Positions 1 through 12,958 of a stretch of 64,000 nt of DNA are shown in pieces. Source of the stretch: Octopus sinensis (Eukaryota). Below the pieces are notes generated by a model. The model searched no databases. It was not told the origin of the DNA and was given only the letters and a program-made list of their open reading frames with translations. The first letter of the stretch is position 1. Each line of letters starts with the position of its first letter. The stretch spans positions 40,858,001 through 40,922,000 of the forward strand of contig NC_043012.1 of assembly GCF_006345805.1 (NCBI RefSeq), read 5' to 3'. Position numbers and translations under genes: made by a program.

Positions 1-72
1 AGGTGCCACACAGTGGGACTGAACCCAGAACCATGTGGTTGGTAAGCTAGCTACATACCACACAGCCACTCT
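1..72 (-). mobile_element. tRNA-derived SINE head (family B), truncated by the window edge
   Basis: Reverse complement gives gtggctgtgtggta...ggttctgggttcagtcccactgtgtggcacct with A/B-box-like motifs. The same family recurs at about 6525-6672, 51790-51940 and 54880-55030. Confidence 0.75.
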
Positions 73-903
73 TGTGTTTGTATATCTATGTGTATATATA
101 TATAATTCACATACATATACACATGAATACACATGTATTATGGATATATGTGTGTGTGTATGTGTGTGTGTATATATATATATATATTATGTATAATTGT
201 ATAGATAGACGTATATGTGTATGTATTTGTATATGAAATGTTCCATAGGAAATGTATTGCGACTGAAAGGAAATCCAATGATTGATTAATCTGCTTGAAC
301 AACTTAACCGGGAGTTTACTGTGCATTTAGCATTGAGGTTGGATTTCCTGTTTAATATCATTGAAAGACATTTTCCCTTTCCGTTGTCATTATTGTGACT
401 TCCCTTGTAGTATTGGCCTCTTGTGCTGCTGTCATCGTAATTAAATCATTGATTTCGGAAGCTCTAGAAATGTGGAGATTGCTCATTTGCCAATATATCT
501 ACTTGCGTTTGTGTCTGTGTATGTAGATGAGATGGTGTTTTTATAAGGATGCAGAAGTCTGTTTGTATGTGAGCCCATTTCTATTGGATATGTGCATGGC
601 TGTTTACACACACACTTATATATATATGTGTATATATATATATGTGTGTATGTTTGTGTGTGTGTATATATATGTGTGTATATATATATATGTATGTATT
701 TATATACATATATACATATAAATGTTTATAGATAGGTTTATATGTGTGTATATATACATGTATATATGTATGTATTATGTATGTATGTATGTATGTATGT
801 ATGTATGTATGCATGCATGTAAGTGTAGATTTGTGTGTGTCTATCTAATATATTCATTGTGTACATCTAATTAATTTTTGTTGTTTTTCCTGTATTTTAT
901 TTG

Positions 904-945
<42 letters not shown>

Positions 946-1769
946 TACACACGGTCACATATATGTGTGTGTGCATGTGTGCATTGGCTTCAGTTGCTGA
1001 CGAAGTGAAACAACTGAGAAACACATACATGTTACGATCCAGTGTCACCACTTACTGCTCAAAATAAAATATGTTTTTACACAAGTTTTGGTGGAGAATT
1101 TTCTCACCGGGCTATTTCCACAGTGACAGGTCTTATCAAATCCAAATATACTTGAATAAAAAAACATGTATTTGTTGTCTGTTTGAAATAATCATCAGAG
1201 ATGCTTTGTCCCATGCAGAAACTGTTGGTTGCTACTGAAAGATATCACAGGCTTTTGCAAGCTCCTTTGGTGGTCACTTACGTCCTTGTGATGGTGGGAA
1301 CTTTCTGTGTATTCTGCCTGAGGTGGACATTGAGGACAGATGTGTTCCATCTGTGGTGTTTTCGTTTTCCTTCTTTTAATGAAAGCCACCTTGAATGGGT
1401 TTCAGCTGCCATTTTGCTGTCTTCTTGGTGGCTTTCTTCAGTTGTTTGTGTTGCAGACAAATCATCAGGACTGCCATCATCATCATCATCATCATCACCA
1501 TCACACAGTCATCATCATTGTCACCACCACCACCACCACCACCACCTCCACCACCACACCACCACCACACCACCACCACAACCACCACCACCTCCACCAC
1601 CACACTACCACTGCCGCTGCCACCTCCACCACCATCATCATCACTATCATCATCCTAATTCTTCATTAATTATGATGATGATGATTACCACTAATTTTCA
1701 TCTCTATTGACATCATCATCATCATCATCACTTTGATTATCTCTTTTATTGATGACATTGTTTTCTTCT

Positions 1770-2215
1770 TCTTCTTCTTCTTTTCCTTCTTCTTCTTCTT
1801 TTCCTTCTTTTCCTTCTTCTTCTTCTTTTCCTTCTTTTCCTTCTTCTTCTTCTTCTTCTTCTTCTTTTCCTTCTTCTTCTTCTTCTTCTTCTTCTCCTTC
1901 TTCTTTTAACCTTCTTCTTCTTCTTCTTCTTCTTTTCCTTCTTTTCCTTCTTCTTCTTCTTCTTCTTTTCCTTCTTTCTTCTTTTCTTCTTCTTCTTCTT
2001 TCTTCTTCTTCTTTTCCTTCTTTTCCTTTTCCTTCTTCTTCTTCTTCTTCTTTCTTCTTCTTCTTTTCCTTCTTCTTCTTCTTTTCCTTCTTTTCCTTTT
2101 CCTTCTTCTTCTTCTTCTCATTCTTCTTCTTCTTCTTTTCCTTCTTCTTCTTCTTCTTCTTCTTCTCCTTCTCATTCTTCTTCTTTTCCTTCTTCTTCTT
2201 CTTCTTCTTCTTCAC
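1770..2215. repeat. (TTC)n microsatellite with interspersed TTTTCC units
   Basis: Read directly from the sequence. It is the source of the spurious poly-K/E and poly-S/F ORFs. Confidence 0.95.
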
Positions 2216-2291
2216 CATTACCACTGGCACTCAAATCATCATCATCATCATCTGTCAGCAATATAAATGTTACTATGACCATCACCAGCAG

Positions 2292-2323
<32 letters not shown>

Positions 2324-3508
2324 TCAATATGAGAAATGGGAAGAATCAAGTGGATGCAGTCTGTTCGGATCATGCTAAATCAAATTTAAAAATAAGTTTC
2401 AAAAATTAAAATTGAAAGAATAACGCAAAATTTATAATAATAATAAAAAAAGAAGCAGTGTTACAATTAAATTCAATATGAATGCAAGACGTTCCCGTTG
2501 GGATTTGAACTCAGAACTTTCGTGACTAAATTAAATATTTCAAAGTTTTTTTAGTCTGGTGTTGCGACATTTTCACTTCACTTTATTAATGATTAATTAT
2601 TGAGTATTGATACGACTGGCAAACGGGTGGCGTGGGGGTGGGGGATGGGGGCGGAGTGAGTTATTAATTTTTTGGTGGTGTTGGTGGAGGGCATTTGTCG
2701 GTGGGTGTGACAGTTGAACCAAAAAGCTGCTACTCCTATTATTACTACTACTATGACTACTACCACCACTGATATTACCGCTACTTCCGCCACCACCACC
2801 ACCACCACCACCACCACCACCACAACAACAACAACAACAACATCACCACCAGGCTGATGACCACAAAACTCTGCCCTGGTTTTATAAAATCTAATGTTGA
2901 CCCTAGTTGTATTTGAACTCAGTTTCTAGTTGGTCGTAATTAAATGTTGTAAATCATTTCTGCTGCCATGCTATAATTTCCTGGTTTTTGCTGCCTCTGT
3001 TTTTAAGAATTTATTGGTAAAACTCTAAAAGTGGGCGTGGTGTGGTGCCATTGTTGTACCTTCTTGAAGTGTAATCTCTGCTGAATGCAAACTGATAATT
3101 ATTTCTCTGATAATTGGTAAATGCCTTGCTGATTTTCGAATTGACCGCAATCCTAGCTATTGTGTCTGGCAATTAAGAGAGGTGAGCGAAGGAGTTTGAA
3201 AATCAAGTTTAAAATAACAACAACAAACTATTAAAAATAAATGTAAAAGAATAATAAAAGATAAACAAAACAACAAGTTTATATCATAAAAAAAAATGAA
3301 CAAAAATATATAAAAGAGACAAACATGTCAAAGTGTATCCCATTGGGGTTTGAACTTAGAATGGTGTGAGAGCAAGAGGGAGCAATAAGGTTGAATATTC
3401 TGGGGTGTTTAACACATCTTTATTGGCTGCTATTTATTGTGATACAAATAAGCGGGCAAAGTGTGTGGTGTTAATTTGGTTTTTGTTGGTAAAGTGTGAT
3501 GTTTTGTA

Positions 3509-3509
<1 letters not shown>

Positions 3510-3544
<35 letters not shown>

Positions 3545-3975
3545 ATGCACACACACTCATGCACACATACATATATAGACACATACATACATATACTTGC
3601 ATACATATATATACACTCACTGACTCGTGTATGCACATGCACACATACATATACATATGTATACATATCCACACACATATCTGAATACACATACACGCAC
3701 AACACACACACATACACACACATCGCATACACAAACACACTCACACACCCACAAATACAATCACACATGCATACATACACATACACACACAATCACACAT
3801 GTATACACTTCACATGCACAAACATACTCCTATATGCACATGCTCACATGGACTTGCGCACAAACACACACACACATGCAAACATGCATATACATACACA
3901 TACACAATCACACACACAGCCACACACGCATGCAAGCATACAGAGACACATGCAAACACACACACACACACAAAC
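3510..3975. repeat. Degenerate (CA)n/(CATA)n microsatellite
   Basis: Read directly from the sequence. Confidence 0.9.
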
Positions 3976-4389
3976 TATCACTGGTAATTCTGTGTGTATT
4001 AATTTCTAAATACCAAACCCATATCTAAACTGACCCCACCCCCAAGTCAGGTGTCTAACGACACATCTGCTAACCCACCACACTGCAAAATCATGTCACC
4101 CCCCATTGCACCATATTAAATAAAAAAAAAAAAAGAAAATAGAAAAAAAAAAAATCAATGCCTCTTAGAATTATTTTCTTTTAGCAGAAACCATTTTAGC
4201 AGAAAAAAAAAAGTGTCAAAAAAAATCTTGTAATTTGTTGAGTTTTTGAGTTTCTTTGTGTTGCAGAATGTTTTAATTGGAATCTGCTTGGGTGAGTTGG
4301 AACAATACAAGCTATATTGGTGTGAAATAAAGGAATATTAAAAGAAGGGGAGTGGTGATGGAGGCAGAGGCAACAATTTTGTTAAAGGA

Positions 4390-4400
4390 ATTATTATTAC

Positions 4401-4445
<45 letters not shown>

Positions 4446-4489
4446 TATTATTATCATTATCATTATTATTATTATCATTATTATTATTA

Positions 4490-4530
<41 letters not shown>

Positions 4531-4590
4531 TTATTATTATTATCATTATTATTATTATCATTATTATTATTATCATTATTATCATTATTA

Positions 4591-4630
<40 letters not shown>

Positions 4631-4650
4631 TTATTATTATTATCATTATC
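4390..4650. repeat. (ATT)n/(ATC)n microsatellite
   Basis: Read directly from the sequence. Confidence 0.95.
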
Positions 4651-6140
4651 GTTTATTAGAATCGTTAGCACATCAGGTGAAATGCTCAGCAGTATTTTGT
4701 CTGCTGCTATGTTCGGATTTCGAATGCTGTTGGGGTCAACTTTGCCTTTCATCTTTTCAGGGCCGATAAAACTAAGTCCCAACTATGCACTGGGGTCGAT
4801 GTTATCAACTTGTCCCCCAACCCCAAATGTCAGGCCTTGTGCTTATAGTAGAAAGAATTATTATTATTATTATGAAGGTGGCAAACTGGCAGAATCGTTA
4901 GCACATCAGGTGAACTGCTTAGCGGTATTTTGTCTGCAGCTAAGTTCTGAGTTGAAATGCCACTGGAATCGATTTGTCTTTCATCCTTTCGGGGTGTGTG
5001 TGTGTGTGATACAATAAGTACCAGTTAAACACTGGGGGTCAATGTTATCAACTCGCCCCTCCCCTCAAATTTCAGGCCTTGTGGCTATAGTGGAAAGAAT
5101 TATTATCATTATTGTTGTTGTTGTTGTTGCTATTGTTATGTAGAATTAATTGAAAGAAAAATGTGACAAAGAAGTGTTAATTTTTCTTCTGACATTTTCT
5201 CTTAAATTAATCAGTGACTTTCTTTGTTTTTTACTGTTTGCTTTTTTTTTTTTTAAACCAACTTGTTTTATCACATCTGAAATTTGCCGATCGTCTTTGC
5301 ACATTCTGTTTGCAGTTACCAAAAATCTAGGCTTTTCTCTTTTTACAGACAAACTAAATAACACCACAAGTATTACTTTATTAATTTTTTTCAGAATGGT
5401 CACTAGCAGGATGAGTAGTCTGCTAGATAAAACGACTTCCACAGTTTTTCAACTTTCTGAGTTCAAATCCTGGCAAGGTTGACTTTGCTTTCCATCCTTC
5501 TGGGATTGGTAAAATACAGTCATATTCTTTTCTACTCTAGGCACAAGGCCTGAAATTTTAGGAGAGGGGACCAGTCAATTAGATCGACACCAGTATGCGA
5601 CTGGTACCTAATTTATCAATCCCGAAAGGACGAAAGGAATACAATCAAATATTAATTTCTTTATTGCCCACAGGGAGCTAAACATAGAGGGGACAAACAA
5701 GGACAGACTAAGAGATTAAGTTTTACATTAACCTCAGTGTGTAACTGGTACTTATTTAATTGACCCTGAAAGGATGAAAGGCAAAGTTGATGTTAGCGAA
5801 ATTTGAACTCAGAACATAACGGCAAACGAAATACTGCTAAGTATTTCACCTGATGTGCTAACGAGTCTACCTGCTTGCCACCTTAATAATAATAATGATG
5901 ATGATGATAATAATAATAATAAACCTTTCTACTATAAGTACAAGGGCTGAAATTTGGGGTGAGGGGACTAGTTGATTACATCAACCCCAGTGTGTAGCTG
6001 GCCCTTAATTTATTGACCCTGAAAGGATGAAAGGCAAAGTTGACATTAGCGGAATTTGAACTCAGAACGTAAGGACAGACGAAGTGCCACTAAGCATTTC
6101 GCCCTGCATGCTAATGATTCTGCCAGCTGGCCGCCTTAAT
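4651..6140. mobile_element. Cluster of about six octopus tRNA-derived SINE copies (family A, OK/OR-like): 4651-4872 +, 4873-5105 +, 5395-5515 +, 5525-5640 -, 5655-5885 -, 5920-6140 -
   Basis: Shared core ggcagaatcgttagcac...ctgagttcaaattcc...gtcgactttgcctttcatcctttcggggtcgat...aagtaccag...ctggggtcgat and an aggccttgtg...gaaaggattatt tail. Boundaries are approximate. Confidence 0.85.
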
Positions 6141-6879
6141 ACAATCAAATATTGAAGTGGATTTAATTGCCTCGTTACTGTTAATGGTGTGGATGAGGGC
6201 CATTTCTGACAAATCGACATCCTCATCATTGTAAACAAGGGAACTCTGACTCTTTGCTTCACAGTCGAATGATCTGCAATAGAAAAGGGTTACCACTTTT
6301 ATTTTTCCTTTTTCACTTGTTTCACTCATTAGATTGTGGCCAGGCTGGGGCACCAACTTGAAGAATCAACCCCATTGCTTTTTGTTTCAAGCCCAGTTCT
6401 TATTCTGTCGGTTTTTTTTTTGCTGATCCACTAAGCTACTGGTATGTAAACAAACCAATACCAGTTGCCAAGTGTTCATGTGGGACACGCCCCCCCCACT
6501 CATACACTCACATAGAACAGGTCTTTTCAGTTTCCGTCTACCGAATCAACTCACAAGGTGTTTTATGGCTTGAGGCTATAGTAGAAGACTCTTGCCCAGG
6601 CTGCCATACAGTGGGACCGAACCCTGGACCAGGTGGTTCGGAAGCAAGCTTCTTACCATACAACCATGCCTGTGTGTTGTAGGAACCCCCTCCCCACGAA
6701 AAATGAAATACAATAACAAAAACATCTTAAAGAAAGACTGATGCTAAAAAGCCAATTTAAAATAAGGCTTGAGAAACATTTGTTGAAAACAGATATTAAA
6801 ATAGGGGTTAAAAAAGCTTACGTTAAGACAGAGAGAGTAAAACAGAAATTAAAGAACCAAAATTAATATAAAGCAGATA

Positions 6880-7090
6880 TGCTGGTGCCATGCTAGAAGC
6901 TGCTGTGCCGGTGCCATGTAAAATGCACCCAGTACACTCTGAAGTGGTTGGCATTAGGAAGGGCATCCAGCCATAGAAACCCTGCCACAACAGACAATTG
7001 AAGTCTGGTGTAGCTCTCCAGCTGATCAGTTCCTGCCAAACTGTCCAACCCATGCCAGCATGGAAAGCGGATGTTAAATGATGATGATGT
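6880..7090 (+). mobile_element. RTE-type 3' tail repeat ending in (GAT)n; other copies at 17740-17910, 20640-20830, 24960-25065
   Basis: Shared gtggttggcattaggaagggcatccagc...gtccaacccatgccagcatgga...gttaaatgatgatgatg. Confidence 0.75.
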
Positions 7091-7214
7091 TATAAATATT
7101 TGTTGAAAATGGATGTTAAAACAGAGATTAAAACAAACTGATGTCAAAATAGAGAGGGCAAAGCATAGGAGTTAAAACGTGGAGGTTAAAGAACCGAGAT
7201 TAAAGCAGGTGCTT

Positions 7215-7760
7215 AATAATCTTTTCTACCATAAGCACAAGGCCTGAAAGTTGGGGGAGGGTGGATAGTCAATCACATCGACCCCAGTGTATAACTGGTA
7301 CTTATTTCATCAATCCAAAAGGATGAAAGGCACAGTCGATTTCAGCTGTATTTGAACTTAGAGCATAGTGACAGATGAAATACCGCTAAGCATTTCACCT
7401 GATGTGCTAACGATTCTACCAGCTTGCCACCTTAATAATTACCTTTTTTACTCTAGGCACAAGGCTCGAAATTTTTGGGGAAGGGACCAGTTGATGAAAT
7501 CGATCCCGATACGCAACTGGTACTTAATTAATCAACCCCCCACCCCGAATAATCCTTTCTATTAAAAGCACACTTTGGGAGATGGGGTAAGTCAATTACA
7601 TTGACCCCAGTGTGTAACTGGTACTTAATTTACTGATCCTGAAAGGATGAAAAGTAATGGCGACCTTGGCAGAATTTGAACTCAGAGGATAAGGATGGAG
7701 GAAGCATTACTAAGCATTTCACCTGGTGTGCTGATGATTCTGCCAGCTTGCTACCTAAAG
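7215..7760 (-). mobile_element. Three family-A SINE copies; further copies at about 11220-11630 +, 14975-15190 -, 15940-16150 -, 19160-19385 +, 28535-29250 -, 41550-41750 -
   Basis: Same core as above (gaaaggatgaaaggcaaagt(c/t)gacct...gaatttgaactcag on the + strand). Confidence 0.85.
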
Positions 7761-7948
7761 CAGATGTTTAGTAATAACACTAATGCAAACTAATGGTAAA
7801 CTGACGTTAAAACACCGTCCAAAGAAATTGTGTTAAAAACCCAAGTTTTTAAAACACTGACATTAAGACAGAGGGTAAAAGATGGAAAGAAGAAAACAGA
7901 TTATAAGACTGAAGTCAAAAGACAAAGGTGAAACAAAAAGCTGATTGA

Positions 7949-8169
7949 CCCTTTTGATACCAACCCGGCTGAAACCAGCTCTGGCTCTCAGTGCAAATAT
8001 CTTGTTTTCATAAGTTTTGAATTAAAATCTTCCACCAAACCTTAGTCACAATTTATGTTCCTGACACTAGTTTAATGATAACTAAATTATTCTACTAAAT
8101 TCTTTGTTATATTTGAAATTAATTGAAAGAAACACAGAGCATCTCAATAGAAATATGTTAACAAAAGGG
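7949..8169. mobile_element. piggyBac-type MITE, copy 1
   Basis: Termini CCCTTTT...AAAAGGG, flanked by TTGA (mutated TTAA) and TTAA; 221 bp. Confidence 0.75.
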
Positions 8170-8189
8170 TTAACAAAAGGTTAACTTAA

Positions 8190-8411
8190 CCCTTTTCATA
8201 CCAACCTGTTTGAAACCGCTTCTGGTTCTGTAGTTCCAATGTCTTGTTTTCATAAGTTTTGAATTAAAATCTTCCACCAAACCTTAATCACAATTTATGT
8301 TACTGACACTAGCTTAATGATAACTAAGTTATACTACTAAATTCTTTGTTATATTTAAACTTAATTGAAAGAAACACAGAGCATCTCAACAGGTATACGG
8401 TAAGGAAAGGG
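8190..8411. mobile_element. piggyBac-type MITE, copy 2
   Basis: TTAA-CCCTTTT...AAAGGG-TTAA; 222 bp; highly similar to copy 1. Confidence 0.8.
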
Positions 8412-8523
8412 TTAAAGAAGTAAGGATATACAGCACAGTTTTTAAGGAAGCCAATGAAATAAACCGATGCAACGATGGTGTTCAGTGTTGAATGATGTTT
8501 GTTGTTGTTTGTTGTTGTTTCAG

Positions 8524-8593
8524 ATTAGTTACGCCAAGCCTGACAGTGGATGGCCAAGCAGTCTACAGTTGTTTGCTTGTGTTCCATTTAAAA
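8524..8593 (+). CDS. POMGNT1: POMGNT1-like glycosyltransferase, internal exon A (ISYAKPDSGWPSSLQLFACVPFK, phase 0 to 1)
   Basis: Acceptor ttgttgtttcag, donor gtaagt. Splices in frame to the 10753 exon (A+TG=Met). Aligns by eye to the end of the POMGNT1 stem domain. Confidence 0.8.
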
Positions 8594-9094
8594 GTAAGTG
8601 AAATCTCACTTCTACTCTTTAACAATCTCTTACGAACAAAAATATATATTGCTAAAGTTAAATCTGTTACTCTCTTATTGGTTTCAGCCAGTGGACTGTG
8701 GCCATACTGGGGCATCGTCTTGATGTGTGGTTTTTTAAAATTAATTATATTGACATCCAGCATTTAGACTTGTACTCCTTATTTTATCAAATAATTAAGT
8801 TTATCTGAGTTCTGTCCCTTGTTTGAGAGTTACCTCCCTTTTATGGACTTCACTACTATAAGGTACCCACGTCGTTTATAGGTAGGTAGAAGTGTTTATA
8901 TATATGTATATGTGTATGTATATGCGTATATATATGTGTATGTGTGTGTGCATGTGTGTGTGTGTGTGTGTATAATAATAATAATAATAAGAGGCTCTCC
9001 TGTCGTTAGACGACGCTTGAGGGTTCTACAATTTCTTACCAAACAACCACACAGATAAAATTTATTTCTAGTGATGAAATGTTTGTGTAGACAT

Positions 9095-9272
9095 AAGCTC
9101 ACTCCCTCCATCAGATCGACATCACCTGTACAGGTGCAACTGGGTGTCACATGTCAGATGTCGAAACGATTGTAGAGCAACGTGAAATGAACTGCTTTGC
9201 TCAAGAATACAATACAACGCCTAATCTGGGAATCGAACCCACGACCTCACAATCGTGAGTGCAACACCCTAA
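9095..9272 (-). mobile_element. tRNA-headed SINE fragment
   Basis: Reverse complement gives tggttagggtgttgcactcacgattgtgaggtcgtgggttcgattcccag (B box), then ttcttgagcaaagcagttcatttcac. Confidence 0.7.
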
Positions 9273-9929
9273 CCATATATATATCCAGTCGTAATACTCC
9301 TACCTAGACACATACAGATACAACATTAATTTTGTAGAACATTTCCAGATTACTGATTTTTTTTCCTAACCGGGGATGGTCGTCACTTCGGTCAACATAT
9401 CCTAAGTTAAATATTTGCTTTACTTAAATAATTAAATGAAATACAGATACCTGCATATTAGTAGAAATAGTACAAGTTCAATTATAGTGCATACTGTGCA
9501 AAGTACAAGTAAACTTGTCTGGTGGTCACAAGAATTTGTAAATAAATTAATGCAGATTATAAGAGGTTCTGGACTGTCAGACATCCAGAAAGTCAGCGTT
9601 GTACCTGTATTTACTGATCTAATTTTTGTTGCCAATATCCGATTCTTTTCTGTTTCCATAAATAGGCATCTCTGCAACCACCAGACACATTTGTCATTGA
9701 TGTCTCCATTGTGACTTCCGAGCGAAATCCAAACCCCTGGTCTCTACATTCAAAATCCATTACAAATAGATGCAGCTTCTTTAAGTTTTCAAGTTTCTCT
9801 TTTCCAAATTTCTGATTTTTTGGTTAGCTTAAAGGTTATTAGTTTGTCTGTTGTTGGAGCTGGAAAAATGTTGCCAAGCATGTTGTCCAGTGTGCTTGCA
9901 ACTCTGCCCGCCCTGCCATTTTAGCCTGT

Positions 9930-10410
9930 ATAATTATGGCTGGCATCGTCTGTCATTGCTCTCATTGTATCATTTTGCTCAATACCACAGAGCTGCTTAT
10001 CAATTGCTTGACCTTAACGAGTGGAGCATGTCCCTTAGTGGCTGAAAATATGTGCATCCCTGGTCACGAGCAGTAGTGAGGGAGAACCGTAACCATGTGT
10101 CGAAAGGAATTCTTTGGGGTTTGGCTAATTCACCTTTGGAAACATGGGTGTTTTATTCAGCATCCTTAAACGACCCTTATTCAGGGACCTTTTGATCTGG
10201 ATGGGCTTCTTGACCCGAAGAAAATTCTAACTGGGCCCCTGCAAGGTCATATGCTGTTTATCTTGATATAAGATCACCATGCCATGCACATATGGTTGTG
10301 ATGCATGTGCCTGGTGTACCCTTATCAGACGGGTAGTCATGATGGGTGTATTAGGCTTCATATATTTGTACCCCAGGGTCACTTTGATGGCATGCACTGC
10401 TCTCTCTCAC
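9930..10410 (-). mobile_element. About 500-bp dispersed repeat (family E), copy 1
   Basis: Reverse complement of the copies at 13408-13900 and 29378-29866. Confidence 0.8.
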
Positions 10411-10752
10411 TCAATAATAATAATAATAATAATAATGATGGTCACTCCTGTTGATTTTGATGGATGAGTATTTGAAGGAGAGGATTAAAAAAAATATAAC
10501 CTGAGTCCTAGGATGGATTTTGCTAGGAAGTCACAATGGGGGCATTGATTTTGCCTGGGATTGGATAAATGTATCTGGTGATTGCAAGATAGAATTCTTT
10601 TATTGCTCTGTTTCCTCAACTCAAATTGTTTTGATGCACCATGTCATGTTTTATGTCATGCAGACCAATCTTGGTAATGACTTTTTCAAGATGTCAAACT
10701 GTAGAGACATTCGTGATATAATAATAATAATGATAATACTATTTCATTTCAG

Positions 10753-10851
10753 TGCAAGGAACAAAAGTAAGACCTGATCCAATGGCCTACAGAAATGACC
10801 AGAGGCGAGAATTTTGTGCCAAATATGAAGGATATGTGGACTTCTGTGACA
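10753..10851 (+). CDS. POMGNT1: POMGNT1-like exon B (QGTKVRPDPMAYRNDQRREFCAKYEGYVDFCD)
   Basis: Acceptor ttcatttcag, donor gtaagt, 99 nt, phase 1 to 1. NDQRREFCAKYEGY..C matches the recalled human POMGNT1 segment NRRRRRFCSKVEGY..C. Confidence 0.88.
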
Positions 10852-11064
10852 GTAAGTCATTGTCGGAAGATTTCTATTTATTTCATCATCATCATCATCG
10901 TCGTCTACTTTTGTATGGTTTTATAGGCTGGACGGAGTTTATTGAGACAGATTTTCTTTTATGGACGGATGCCCTTCCTATCACCAATCCTGATTTGTTT
11001 CCACAGAATATTGGAAATGACTTGTCTGACAGTGACTATCACATGATGTCAGGAGATAAAAGCA

Positions 11065-11101
<37 letters not shown>

Positions 11102-11162
11102 ACACACACACACTCACACACACACACTCACACACACACACACACACACACACAAACGCACG

Positions 11163-11193
<31 letters not shown>

Positions 11194-11695
11194 ACTCACA
11201 CATATACACTAACACACACGTATAAATTTTGCCAGGATTGACTTTGGCTTTACTTTGACTTTCATCCTTTTGGGGTCGATAAAGTAAGTACCAGTGAAAT
11301 ACTGAGGTTGACATAATCAACTAGTCCCCTCCGCCGCCAAAATTCAAGACCTTGTACCTCCTATAGAAAGGATTATTATTATTATTGTTCTTCTTCTTAT
11401 TGTTATTACTAAGGCAGCGAGCTGGCAGAATCGTTAGCACGCCAGGTGAATTCTTAGCGGTATTTCGTCTGTTGCTACATTCTGAGTTCATATTCTGCCG
11501 AGGTCGACTTTATCCTCCATCCTTTCAGGGTCGATAAATTAAGTACCAGTTGCATACTGGGGTTGATCTTATTGACTGTCTCCATTCCCCCAAAATTTTG
11601 GGCCTTGTGGCTGGAGTAGAAAAGATTATTCTTATTGTTACTACTGTTATTATTGTTGTTGTTAATTTATTTTTTTTCTTTATTTGTTTCCTTAG

Positions 11696-11791
11696 TTGGC
11701 CATATTGATGACATTATCAAGCCTGTATCACTTGTCTATAGCAACTTCAAGGGACATAAGATATTCTCAACCCCAATTGTTATTATACCAG
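11696..11791 (+). CDS. POMGNT1: POMGNT1-like exon C (IGHIDDIIKPVSLVYSNFKGHKIFSTPIVIIPG)
   Basis: Acceptor tttgtttccttag, donor gtaaga, 96 nt, phase 1 to 1. TPIVIIPG corresponds to human VPVAVIAG, the first strand of the GT-A domain. Confidence 0.88.
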
Positions 11792-11992
11792 GTAAGAAAA
11801 CTTTCCGTTTCACATCTTTCACACCTGTGTTTATAATACAGCGAATGGAATATCATGACTTCAGGTTTGCTCTTGTTAATAGGGTCCCTGAGTTCCAGTT
11901 TAATCATGTGATCAGCCTGTCTGTCTGTCCGTCCATCCATCTCTGTCTCTCTGTCTCTCTTTGCCAAGTTCTTCCATCCTCTGGGTATGTGC

Positions 11993-12027
<35 letters not shown>

Positions 12028-12099
12028 GTCTACACACACACACATACATATACACACACATACATATACACACACATATATATATACAATATCTTAACC

Positions 12100-12145
12100 A
12101 AAACTGTCTGATGGACAAGAACATGAAACTCTGAGTAACAGTTTT
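12100..12145 (+). ncRNA. Minimal type I hammerhead ribozyme-like motif (A9G, degenerate helix II), sense in a POMGNT1-like intron
   Basis: Helix I AAAACTGT/ACAGTTTT (8 bp), core CTGATGG, ACAAGAACAT, GAA, helix III ACTC-T-GAGT, predicted cleavage after GUA. Confidence 0.6.
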
Positions 12146-12783
12146 TTTGATATCTTTGCAACTTTATTAATAAAGTATATCTATACTCATATATATATAC
12201 AAACCAATTAATGGCTCCTTGTGTTCTTGATCATAGGCTAAGTTTAATTTTGTTTTTTAGAGAGTGTGTATACTTATCTATAATTATTTTATCAAGTTTT
12301 CCAAGGTCCGACTTACATGGGTATATGTCCATGTATGTTGGACCTCGGAAAACTTAGTAAAATATATATATATATATCAGGCACTTGCCATCAGTAATTA
12401 CTCAGGGTAGGCAGTTGGTGATGTTTATGTAGTAAAACACAAAAAAATAAGTGAAACACAGGTGTGTGACTGAGTTGAATGCAGATCTATTTCTGCCTTT
12501 ATAATGCGTAAAGAAAACGTTGTTGTAGGAGTGTACGCAGCATGTGTACTACAGCAGTCCTATGCATAGCTTTAATACTGATATTGAAAGGCAGGTGTGA
12601 ATTATGCCTACCTAATCTACAAAAAAAAAAATGAAATATTTTGCATTTTATGCATAGTAATCAGAGTAACCTTCATAATTTTATTGAATTAGGTGCATAT
12701 TTTGTCATAAAAGGAAAATGTTGCTATTGATCTATTTTATTCAGGGTAAGCACTGCCTACCATGCCTACCCATGTGGCACGTC

Positions 12784-12844
<61 letters not shown>

Positions 12845-12881
12845 TATGAAAAATTCAATTTTTGATGGTATCTCTTTCCAG

Positions 12882-12958
12882 GTATTAACCATAATGCTGT
12901 GGTGAACACATTCCAAACCATTATCATGCAGTGTGGTTTGAACCCCAAGATGGTTTTG
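12882..12958 (+). CDS. POMGNT1: POMGNT1-like exon D (INHNAVVNTFQTIIMQCGLNPKMVL)
   Basis: Acceptor tctctttccag, donor gtaagc, 77 nt, phase 1 to 0. GLNPKMVL corresponds to human GVSPQMIT. Confidence 0.85.

Noticed and set aside
1195-1460. Minus-strand SVLNVHLRQNTQKVP resembling the nAChR post-M3 motif (chemotactile receptor idea)
   Set aside because: No preceding hydrophobic M3 helix, a stop soon after, and no other Cys-loop exons.
2625-2656. G-run clusters (also 21214-21243 and 22760-22805) as G-quadruplexes
   Set aside because: Expected by chance from GGT-type microsatellite decay, with no functional context.
4267-4291. Strong AG...GTGAGT 25-nt micro-exon candidate
   Set aside because: The frame needed to join exon A contains a stop, and there is no POMGNT1 similarity.
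11792-12111. ORF read-through beyond exon C (RMEYHDFRF...)
   Set aside because: A canonical donor at 11792 joins exon D in frame, and the read-through runs into microsatellite.
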